Positions 10,884-19,150 of a DNA stretch of 64,000 nt are shown piece by piece (position 1 is the first letter of the stretch; every line of letters begins with the position of its first letter). The notes below the pieces were generated by a model, which was not told the origin of the DNA, did no database searches, and worked only from the letters and a program-made list of their open reading frames with translations. The stretch lies in the sequence record NZ_CP054002.1. The stretch is one strand, 5' to 3'. The position numbers and the translations under genes were made by a program. This stretch comes from a plasmid.

Positions 10884-12101
10884 TCAGATTTTTAGGTTAT
10901 TACTTTTATCTTTACCTAGCCCTACATTATCGCTTTGGGCTAGTTTGATGTTGCTTAATCCGGGAGCGTCAGAGGACAGACCGAAGATCTTCTGGACTGC
11001 TATCATTGTTGGAGCCGGTGCGGATTTTTTCAGCTCGTCTATTATTTTAGGGGAAGGGATATACCCTTCATCCTTCAGCCCGGCGATCCGGGTAAAATCG
11101 TTTTTTTTTATTGAATCTGAAAAAATAGAATCGGTTATTTGTTGCTGTGTTCTTATGATGATAGGATGATCCTGTATGTTATTCAGGATCTCCTTATCAG
11201 AAAACAAAAGATCCGGCTTATATTTCCCAGCGTAGAAGTTTGACAGGTACAGTTCCTCTGAAGGCTCTAATTTCATTAGCGAAGATACGAAATCAGCCAC
11301 CTTATCGTTGATCTCCTGCATGGGATATTTTCCGCTGTTGGTATGCATCATCGGAAGTAGCTGCTGCCTTATCTCCGTAAAGGTCACATTCTCTATGCTT
11401 TGTTTTGGATCAGCCTTTAACATTTCCTTATTCTCCGGATTGCCAAGAGAAGAGTAAAAAACAATGGATTTCCTTAAAAGATCCCTTTCTTCTTTGCTCG
11501 TCAATATATCAGAGGATGCAAGGGAGAAGAGGTCATATATATCTCTAGGCTTACATCTTTCATAGAACGCCTTTATCTTTCCTGCAAACAATTCGATAGG
11601 ATTGACGTAGTTTACTACAAATGAAGTCTTGTTCTCTCTGATGAAGGGAAACTCAATAGATTTAACTTCCGGTTTGAATATATGGGATCGATTATGATAG
11701 TTTATATCTAGTTTTATCTTATCTCCGCTTCCTGTCACCGTATTATAGTGCAAAGAGAGAGAATCTAGGGTAAAATTACTTCTTTCGGTCTTCCTATACC
11801 CGTTCTGCTGGAAATAGCTATCTAAAGCCTTGTTGATTTGTTCTCTCTCCGCTAACATATCCTCTTTAGATACGTTTTTAGAGAAATCAAGATCCAGATC
11901 GACAGAAAGCCGGGGAAGATCGAAAACAAGCAGGTTTATAGCCGTTCCCCCCTTCAGTAACAATTTACCGCTAAACTCCGGCTGATTGTTAAGGTCATTG
12001 AGGATATTGGATAATCGCATAACTTTCTCTATTCCAGCAACCGTAAAATTATTTTCTTTTGCTAGTCTAGTGATTTCTTCTTGTGTATAATCAAAACTCA
12101 T
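10884..12101 (-). CDS. abiEii: AbiEii-family nucleotidyltransferase toxin (405 aa) with C-terminal shared module
   Basis: LKGGTAINLL...LSVDLDLDF motif; overlaps upstream AbiEi-like gene; same C-terminal module. Confidence 0.7.
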   Translation of the reverse strand: MSFDYTQEEITRLAKENNFTVAGIEKVMRLSNILNDLNNQPEFSGKLLLKGGTAINLLVFDLPRLSVDLDLDFSKNVSKEDMLAEREQINKALDSYFQQNGYRKTERSNFTLDSLSLHYNTVTGSGDKIKLDINYHNRSHIFKPEVKSIEFPFIRENKTSFVVNYVNPIELFAGKIKAFYERCKPRDIYDLFSLASSDILTSKEERDLLRKSIVFYSSLGNPENKEMLKADPKQSIENVTFTEIRQQLLPMMHTNSGKYPMQEINDKVADFVSSLMKLEPSEELYLSNFYAGKYKPDLLFSDKEILNNIQDHPIIIRTQQQITDSIFSDSIKKNDFTRIAGLKDEGYIPSPKIIDELKKSAPAPTMIAVQKIFGLSSDAPGLSNIKLAQSDNVGLGKDKSNNLKI

Positions 12102-12840
12102 AATATACTCCTTTCTCTATTTCTTTCATTACATCTTTAGGCGCACATACATTCCATTCCTTGAAATAGGTATCACAACGGGAAGGATTTGTAAGGTAAC
12201 TTGTTGTATTACCCATCTTCTTTTTACATACATCGAAGAACATATCCGATAGGTTTAGTTGTTCCTGAAGCTGGGACAGGATGAATCCTGTACGTTGATA
12301 CAGGCTTTTCTTTTGGTATAGCTTCAGGCATTCTAACATATCTTCTTCTATTACGGAATCCGGATCAACCTCGATTAAGGCAAATAACAGTTCTTCAATG
12401 CCACCGGCTAAGCCTATATTGTTTAAGCAGTCAATTATGGTTTGGCTGATTGATGTAACCGTGATAGGATAGCCGGTATCTTTTTTTGTAACCAATGGTT
12501 TGTATATAAACTGCAAAGGCTTATATACATAACGCTGGTTCAGGTACTCAAAAGACCGGAAGGGAGTAGAACTGTGCACATAAAGCCAGTTAAATTCCTG
12601 TGTCTGTAACATATAGAACTCTAATGCAGAATGATAAGCTAGGCAACCATTATCAACGGAATTGCAAGCTATCTGATACTTGTTCTGTATGTTAGCCGGC
12701 AAATATACTCCCCGGCGAATATGTGATAACAAACCTCGCTTTTTCCAGTTGTAAAGACGGGATTTCATGGTGTTATATCCTACTGGTTGATCTATGCTTA
12801 TCATGCCTGTTTCTTTATATTTAGATATTATATTACTCAT
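12091..12840 (-). CDS. abiEi: AbiEi-family antitoxin / transcriptional regulator (249 aa)
   Basis: N-terminal SHIRRGVYLP motif typical of AbiEi; 11-nt overlap with AbiEii gene. Confidence 0.6.
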   Translation of the reverse strand: MSNIISKYKETGMISIDQPVGYNTMKSRLYNWKKRGLLSHIRRGVYLPANIQNKYQIACNSVDNGCLAYHSALEFYMLQTQEFNWLYVHSSTPFRSFEYLNQRYVYKPLQFIYKPLVTKKDTGYPITVTSISQTIIDCLNNIGLAGGIEELLFALIEVDPDSVIEEDMLECLKLYQKKSLYQRTGFILSQLQEQLNLSDMFFDVCKKKMGNTTSYLTNPSRCDTYFKEWNVCAPKDVMKEIEKGVYYEF

Positions 12841-12976
12841 TTTACTTAGAATTTATTTCAAAGATATCAAATTTGATAGTATTGAGCAAATTTCTAAGTA
12901 TATTTTTTATATTTAAACTTGATATTATCAGTTAGTAGACAGATAATTAAGAATATACTTTCGGAAAAATATTCTC

Positions 12977-13576
12977 TTATCTTTTTCTGCCCTGTATGTT
13001 AATCCCTTCTATCCTTAGATACTTGTATAGGGTAGCTCTGGAAACTCCTACTATCCGGCAAACATCATCTATCGTGCCTATTTCATTTTGTAGATACTTG
13101 GTGTATTCTATAGCCGCTAGTTTAGCTTTCCTTTTAGCTTGATCTGTTAGACCGGGCTTGCGTCCTCCTATTCGTCCTTTTGCCTTTGCTGAAGTCAAAC
13201 CGGCTATTGTACGCTCGGAAATTATATTTCGCTCCATTTCTGCAATACAGCATAAAAGATGAAACGCAAACTTTCCGATTGGTGTTGATGTATTTAATTG
13301 CTCTGTTAGACTAATTAGAGCAATGTTTTTCTTTTCAAGAGCTTCTTGAAGTTTTATAAGTTCGCAGGTTCTTCTTCCTAATCGGTCTAGTTTCCACACG
13401 ATAAGCTGATCTCCTGTTTTTAATTTTGCAATTAAAGCATCTAAAACAGGCTTATTTTTATTCTTTCCAGATATTTTTTCTTCACAGATGTGATCCACTC
13501 CGTATAAACGTAATGCGTCCAGTTGGAGATTTAAGCATTGATCCGGAGTTGATACACGTGCATAACCATATTTCAT
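12977..13576 (-). CDS. small serine recombinase (DNA invertase/resolvase family, 199 aa)
   Basis: MKYGYARVSTPDQ catalytic Ser motif, C-terminal HTH (VGVSRATLYKYL); ~75 bp from inversion site. Confidence 0.85.
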   Translation of the reverse strand: MKYGYARVSTPDQCLNLQLDALRLYGVDHICEEKISGKNKNKPVLDALIAKLKTGDQLIVWKLDRLGRRTCELIKLQEALEKKNIALISLTEQLNTSTPIGKFAFHLLCCIAEMERNIISERTIAGLTSAKAKGRIGGRKPGLTDQAKRKAKLAAIEYTKYLQNEIGTIDDVCRIVGVSRATLYKYLRIEGINIQGRKR

Positions 13577-13648
13577 AATTTTTACGGCAAAAGTAGCACG
13601 TACATAGCCTTTGAAAAATATAGAGAAGGTGATTTTTGAATTTATTAA

Positions 13649-13671
13649 AACGAACCTTTTTTTAAACTGAA
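13649..13671. repeat. inversion crossover site L: AACGAACCTTTTTTTAAACTGAA
   Basis: Exact reverse complement at 30615..30637; copy-1 and copy-2 sequences diverge exactly after 13671/51471. Confidence 0.75.
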
Positions 13672-13685
13672 GTTTTTTTCCTTTT

Positions 13686-14177
13686 TCAAGATCTATTTGC
13701 TACTTCAAAAATTCCGCTTTCTTTCCTTGCAATTTTGACTCTATCACGCAAAGTATCTATAATAGGAATATTCCGATCAATCCCATACATATATAAAATA
13801 GGATCGGAAGCATCACCTGATATAACTTTCACTGTCTTGTTGCCAAATACTAATTGCAAGAAATTTTGTTTTTCTGAATAATCAATCACTCTATATAATT
13901 CTAAATGTTCCTCTCGTCTTGAGATTATACCATGCCTGAAAATCAGTTCATCCTTAGTAATAATCCACTTTGTAGCAAACAGCGTGTCTATATATGTGTA
14001 ACACAACATAATCCAAACGACTAAAAACAGCACCATTAACGCATAGTGTACAGGCATTTCTAAATCCCAATAAATAGCAGAGAACGGGAGTAAAGATGCG
14101 ACAACAATTATCACAAAATACTTTGAAACCCAATAACCTAGTTTGGGCTTCAATGTTATAGCCGTTTGGTTATCCAT
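13686..14177 (-). CDS. membrane protein with bacterial PH (YdbS-like) domain (163 aa)
   Basis: Two N-terminal TM helices then PH-like segment. Confidence 0.45.
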   Translation of the reverse strand: MDNQTAITLKPKLGYWVSKYFVIIVVASLLPFSAIYWDLEMPVHYALMVLFLVVWIMLCYTYIDTLFATKWIITKDELIFRHGIISRREEHLELYRVIDYSEKQNFLQLVFGNKTVKVISGDASDPILYMYGIDRNIPIIDTLRDRVKIARKESGIFEVANRS

Positions 14178-14180
14178 AAT

Positions 14181-14621
14181 CTAGTTCTTTATATTAGTAT
14201 ATTGTATAGACTTTGTATTATTCTCTGAATCCGGAACGGAAACTGTATTTTGATAGACCTCTTTTCCATCCTGATACACTGTCATTTTCAATATAGCACC
14301 GGACTTACTTTTGCTAAGAATAATCCCTTGAGCAGAAATAACCTTCACTTCTTTAGAGGTTATATAAACTTTCCGTCCGCTAAAATACTCCGTTACAGAA
14401 CTTTGTTTTAGGTCTGTGTTACTTGTTTCATCTATAATTGATACGTTATCCGGATTAATAATAATAGCTTCAGCTGTATAATCATCCCCTGAAGCCTCTA
14501 ATACTACCTTATATACAGCAGATGTATTATTAAAAACAGGATCATCATCCGATCCACCACAAGAAACTAATACTAGAGTAGCACATAACGCAAACAAATG
14601 CAGCTTAATTTTTTTCATCAT
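14181..14621 (-). CDS. lipoprotein (about 147 aa from MMKKIKLHLFALCATLVLVSCGG)
   Basis: Signal peptide plus lipobox Cys; ORF-track start at 14708 probably too far upstream. Confidence 0.45.
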   Translation of the reverse strand: MMKKIKLHLFALCATLVLVSCGGSDDDPVFNNTSAVYKVVLEASGDDYTAEAIIINPDNVSIIDETSNTDLKQSSVTEYFSGRKVYITSKEVKVISAQGIILSKSKSGAILKMTVYQDGKEVYQNTVSVPDSENNTKSIQYTNIKN

Positions 14622-14825
14622 CTTTATATATTTTAAATTCAGATCCATGTGTATGTAAAGTAAACAAACCCTTATATTTTTCTTTCTAGAAATTTTCTCT
14701 GCTATCAAAAATAGCTATTGCCGTTGCCATCAATAAACCCAAATTGATCTGTTTCTACAATAAACAAATCGCTCGTTTCTGATAACTTGCTAAAATCTTT
14801 AAAAAACTGAACCTTCATATTTTTC

Positions 14826-15305
14826 TTATTTAGTCGTAGCTTTCATCCTTCCCCAGCACGTTTTCATATCGGGAGCGAGTAAAAACTCGCCAACTCTCTC
14901 CTGCCTAGCCTTTAAACTAGGTGGAACAATTGCATACTTGCATTTCAATAGTTTGGCTAACACCTCCGTACTATCTCTATCCTTATACTCCATTTTCTTT
15001 TTCTCTATCCATTTTAAATTATCTTTAGCCTTGGTGTAATCAGAGAAAAGCGGTTTTACCAAAGCACGAGGATTCTCCGCTCTTTCTATCATCTGTACCT
15101 GTTGAGCAGCTTTACTATCCAAATACAATAAGCTGTCGGAAACTGTAACATCTTTTTCGTCAAGCAACTCTATCAATTCAAACTTAAGATCAGTCCAAGT
15201 ACCGTTTTCATCGGTTTGAAGCCAATCCGCTATTGCCTTTTCATATTCAGTTGATCCACACGAAGATAAGGCAAATAATAAAACTATCAATATCCTACTT
15301 TTCAT
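14826..15305 (-). CDS. lipoprotein (159 aa)
   Basis: MKSRILIVLLFALSSCGS lipobox. Confidence 0.45.
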   Translation of the reverse strand: MKSRILIVLLFALSSCGSTEYEKAIADWLQTDENGTWTDLKFELIELLDEKDVTVSDSLLYLDSKAAQQVQMIERAENPRALVKPLFSDYTKAKDNLKWIEKKKMEYKDRDSTEVLAKLLKCKYAIVPPSLKARQERVGEFLLAPDMKTCWGRMKATTK

Positions 15306-15342
15306 ATATTATTTTTTTTATATTTTCACAAAAATACCTCTT

Positions 15343-17298
15343 TTATTCCTTCCATGCCTTATGATTATGATCTTTCGGCATGTTTTTTTCCTTATTTTTA
15401 TTGTCCGTTTCTGTCTTATTCTTTACATCTTCCAAGATCGCATTTACTTTTGAAATGATTGAAAGATAATGTTGACTAACTATTTCTTCCATTATATCAT
15501 ACTCTAATTCTTCTTTGCCATCTCCCAAATTTACAGGTTTGGAAAAAGCCGGAATATCCTTATCTATAAACTTACACATATTAAATTGTGTATTAAAATA
15601 AGGTGGTTTTCCGCCAGCGACCTTTCCGATGAAGTGACCAACACTTTGTCCGGCAACTTCACGAGCCTTTACTACTTTCTCCTTTTGCAGAGATTCGGTC
15701 ATGCTTCCAGTACCGGATTCTTGATGTGAGAACGATTCCTGTGCTTCTTTCGTTTCTCCCAAAAGATTTTCTAGATCCTTTGCTGTCTTTTCGTTACCGG
15801 TCATTCCATAGGCTTGGCTACCACAAGAAGATCGCAGGATATTTGCACTTTTCTCTCCATAATCCCGGATTGCTTGATTAAAGTCCTGTACGGCTAAGAT
15901 TGTAGCTACATTGTGTTTACGTGCTGTACCTATAAATACATCTATACCTTGCAAATTTACCGTTGGAAATTCATCCACCATAAAAACGCTCTTTTGTTTG
16001 CCGGGATTATTCATTTGCGACATGACAACGCTAGCGATACAACTAACAGGAGGAGATACAGCTTCTTTAATTGAAGGAGCATTGCCTATACACAATAGTG
16101 TAGGATGATCCGGATTAGTTATATCTAGTGAATATTCTTCTTCCGGAAGTGGTGATAGAACCCAAAAGATGTATTTATTGTTAAGCAAAACAAGCGGAGT
16201 CTGTGCGGAAGATACCGCACCAGCGGTCTGCTGCTGTGCGCCTAAACGCCATGCGGTTAACATGGAAGACATGTTTAGCGCAATTTCCGCATCCTCAGAG
16301 AGCCATTTAAAGACCAGATCACTATCTGATAATGCAAAAGCGATTACATGGGGTAAAGTTCCTATTCCCTTTGCTCGTTCTTTGTAACATTTATAAGCAA
16401 TTGAATATACATAGTTAATCGCATTGTTCGCCCAGAAATCAGTTTTTTCCTTCCATGAACTTTCAAGGTTTTTCATTAAGGTAGTAGCGATATTACGAAT
16501 AAACAAGGATTCGCTTCCTTTAGGGACATATTTTTCCGAAAGTACATTAACACGAACCGTCCGGGACATGTCTACAAAATTTATGAAAGCAAAGGCTGGT
16601 GTAGGTACATTTTTTCTCTTAAAATATTCTATACTACCGTATGCGATCCGGGACAAAATAGGTGAACCCGGTTTACTAGGATCTCCTTCCCAATCATATA
16701 CAAATCCGGCATAGTTACGCTCTGCACATTGATAGATGATGCCTTTAATCCAGCTTTCCGATTTTCCAGATCCCGGACCACCGTCAATATAAAGATTTTG
16801 CTGTGGCTTATGGATTCTAAGATTTCCTTCTACTGTTTCAAAATCAAAATAAAACTCTGATTTTTCATGTGATACACCAAAGATAGATTTATCAGATACC
16901 ACATGCCGTTTAAGGTAAAAACCGGCTGTTTGGATAACTAGTATTGTAAATCCTATAAATACTATCGGAAAAACTAATAAATTGTACCATGATAGAACAT
17001 TACTGAAGCCTAATATTAGGGCTATTGCTAAGATTAATGTAGTGGCAGTATATACATATTTCAAGGATTCATCTCTTCTCTTTTGTACAGGGAATAGGAA
17101 AGCCAACCCAGCTAATAATACTACATATAGGAATCGAAACATAATAGCTTTGCGTAAAAACTTTCCCAACTGCAATAATACAGCTGGGCTTGGTGAACAA
17201 AGATCATTCACCAAAACCCACTGAAAGATTATCACACCCCCGATTATTACGGAAAGCAATATAAAGACAAATGATAATTCCTTCTTTGCTGGTTCCAT
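15343..17298 (-). CDS. type IV coupling protein (VirD4/TraD/TraG-family conjugative ATPase, 651 aa)
   Basis: N-terminal TM helices, Walker A GGPGSGKSE, Walker B MVDEFPT, TILAVQDFNQ motif. Confidence 0.75.
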   Translation of the reverse strand: MEPAKKELSFVFILLSVIIGGVIIFQWVLVNDLCSPSPAVLLQLGKFLRKAIMFRFLYVVLLAGLAFLFPVQKRRDESLKYVYTATTLILAIALILGFSNVLSWYNLLVFPIVFIGFTILVIQTAGFYLKRHVVSDKSIFGVSHEKSEFYFDFETVEGNLRIHKPQQNLYIDGGPGSGKSESWIKGIIYQCAERNYAGFVYDWEGDPSKPGSPILSRIAYGSIEYFKRKNVPTPAFAFINFVDMSRTVRVNVLSEKYVPKGSESLFIRNIATTLMKNLESSWKEKTDFWANNAINYVYSIAYKCYKERAKGIGTLPHVIAFALSDSDLVFKWLSEDAEIALNMSSMLTAWRLGAQQQTAGAVSSAQTPLVLLNNKYIFWVLSPLPEEEYSLDITNPDHPTLLCIGNAPSIKEAVSPPVSCIASVVMSQMNNPGKQKSVFMVDEFPTVNLQGIDVFIGTARKHNVATILAVQDFNQAIRDYGEKSANILRSSCGSQAYGMTGNEKTAKDLENLLGETKEAQESFSHQESGTGSMTESLQKEKVVKAREVAGQSVGHFIGKVAGGKPPYFNTQFNMCKFIDKDIPAFSKPVNLGDGKEELEYDIMEEIVSQHYLSIISKVNAILEDVKNKTETDNKNKEKNMPKDHNHKAWKE

Positions 17299-17594
17299 TA
17301 TTCTTTATTCTTGCTAGAGAGTAATTGAACCTTATCTACACTCATAGTTACTGAAGGGACTGTATCACCAGTATCACGCTTAAAGATACCGACAGTGATT
17401 TCCCCATACACATGAACCATAGTTCCTGTTTTTAAAAACTCCGCAACCTTTGTTTCGTAATTTAAGAAACAACAGATCCACAACGTTTTTTCTTCGTTTC
17501 CCTCTTTATATTTAGTGGAAACATTGAATGAATAACCTTTCTGTGTTTTCTTGGCATCTGATCCAAGATAACCCGTAACATGACCTATAAACAT
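17298..17594 (-). CDS. ssb: short single-stranded DNA-binding protein (OB-fold, 98 aa)
   Basis: SSB-like pattern GYSFNVS...TLWICCF...GTMVHVYGEI. Confidence 0.5.
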   Translation of the reverse strand: MFIGHVTGYLGSDAKKTQKGYSFNVSTKYKEGNEEKTLWICCFLNYETKVAEFLKTGTMVHVYGEITVGIFKRDTGDTVPSVTMSVDKVQLLSSKNKE

Positions 17595-17597
17595 ACG

Positions 17598-18908
17598 CTA
17601 AAAATTTAAAGATAATTGTTTGACTTCATTTTTATTTTTTGATTCGGAAAATTGTAGGGAAGGAGTAGGATCATCCAACTTTATATTAAATATATTCTGT
17701 GCGGCAATATATATTTTCGGATCTGCATCCTTTAACGCATCAAGTTCCTTTGCAGACAGTTTATATCCCTGCTCCTTTAGGTTAACCAATTCCTTAAACG
17801 AACCGGCTAGCGCAGCAGCTAGAGCTATATTAAAAGCTGGTGATAATTTTTCATCATTCCGGGTTTCAGAAAAATCCTTGCTATCATCTACTTTTTTATT
17901 CTCTATATGCTTGCATTCTTCCTGTTGCTTTTCCTGTTCTTCCTTCTTCAATAACTCATACTTGCAGACTTCATTCAAAATCATAGTGCTAGCCTTACCT
18001 ACATCAACTAATACGGAATAGAGGAATTTAGGTTCTTTTTTGATCGCTCCGAGCCAGTTTTTTAAATACTGTGCGTTTTCTTCCCGGACTCCGGAAACGA
18101 TACCTAGAGAACGGCAAGAAACAGCAGCGGTAAATTCTGCGATTAATTCTTCTTTTGCATATTTGGGATCACCAAACATGTTTTTCATTTCACGTCCTAA
18201 ACGGGTATCTATACCGGTTGAATGTGCCATCTCATGTAACAATGTGCTATAAAATCCTTCTCCTGTATAGAATTGACCTTTAAGGGGTAAATATATCTTG
18301 TCCTCTGAAGGACGAAAAAAAGCCTTGTCAGAGAAAGAAGAAATAATAGGACATAACCATGTACCGTGTTTTATCATGTGATCCAACTCTGGCGATGAAA
18401 ACATTCCCTGCTCATCTTTCAATTTAGGACAACTAAATTTATCCTTCAATGCCTTCCATTGTTCCGGATATACTTCCGCAAAGTTTGTTTGATCAACATT
18501 GAACACGTGATAAGGTTTAGTATAAGGAATAACGGTATATTCTTTCTGCTCTTCCTTAGTCAAAGCCTTATAATCATCCATCGAAATTTTATTCCCCTTA
18601 TCGTCTTTAATCATAAAATTCCAAAATAGGACAGGAAAAGCCGATGCTCCTTTGTTTATGTGAAGCCCTTGTTTCTTTGCTTGCGGAAAAGTCATATATA
18701 CAGGTGTCTGGAAACTACGTTCCTCTTGAAGAAGAAAAAGCATGAAGGAATTGATTCCATTATAAACACGCCCATCAATATTTTGTGGTAATCCATATCC
18801 TGTTGTTGTAAACCAAGGTTTATGCCAATCCGCATCGACTTCCGTAAGTTTCTTAACCATAAGATCCGCAAATTTTTGCAGAGCCTTATCATTTGCCTGA
18901 CCATCCAT
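17598..18908 (-). CDS. ardC: ArdC-like antirestriction protein (ArdC-N ssDNA-binding domain + HExxH zincin domain, 436 aa) with C-terminal shared module
   Basis: WHKPW...NGINSFML ArdC-N signature, LLHEMAHSTG metalloprotease motif, C-terminal FKELVNLKEQGYKLS module. Confidence 0.7.
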   Translation of the reverse strand: MDGQANDKALQKFADLMVKKLTEVDADWHKPWFTTTGYGLPQNIDGRVYNGINSFMLFLLQEERSFQTPVYMTFPQAKKQGLHINKGASAFPVLFWNFMIKDDKGNKISMDDYKALTKEEQKEYTVIPYTKPYHVFNVDQTNFAEVYPEQWKALKDKFSCPKLKDEQGMFSSPELDHMIKHGTWLCPIISSFSDKAFFRPSEDKIYLPLKGQFYTGEGFYSTLLHEMAHSTGIDTRLGREMKNMFGDPKYAKEELIAEFTAAVSCRSLGIVSGVREENAQYLKNWLGAIKKEPKFLYSVLVDVGKASTMILNEVCKYELLKKEEQEKQQEECKHIENKKVDDSKDFSETRNDEKLSPAFNIALAAALAGSFKELVNLKEQGYKLSAKELDALKDADPKIYIAAQNIFNIKLDDPTPSLQFSESKNKNEVKQLSLNF

Positions 18909-18911
18909 GAC

Positions 18912-19100
18912 TTATTGATAAAGGTGTTCATTTTCATATTTTAGCAACCATTCAGCAGCGTTTTCCGCATTCGGGCTAACTCCTTCAGCTTGCATATCCG
19001 CAACGTAGAGAGCCGCTAAATCTTCTTGAGCTAATAAAAATTCAAGATCGTCAATCTCTCCAGTCTGATTCTTTTCTACCAATTTGTTGTAATCTTCCAT
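18912..19100 (-). CDS. small hypothetical protein (62 aa)
   Basis: Intact ORF tightly coupled to ardC; identical copy at 62994..63182. Confidence 0.4.
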   Translation of the reverse strand: MEDYNKLVEKNQTGEIDDLEFLLAQEDLAALYVADMQAEGVSPNAENAAEWLLKYENEHLYQ

Positions 19101-19150
19101 GATATTTATTTTTAAGTGATAACATTTTTACTTTCGGAAAAATCTATTAA

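Noticed and set aside
8119-11169. Antisense ORFs with identical translations (8119..8358, 9585..9920, 10945..11169 and copies)
   Set aside because: They lie opposite the conserved 3' cassette of three minus-strand genes, so the identity reflects the nucleotide repeat, not independent genes.
15911-17224. Plus-strand ORFs inside the coupling-protein gene (15911..16108, 16169..16387, 16424..16714, 16982..17224)
   Set aside because: They are antisense to a 651-aa ORF with clear Walker motifs.
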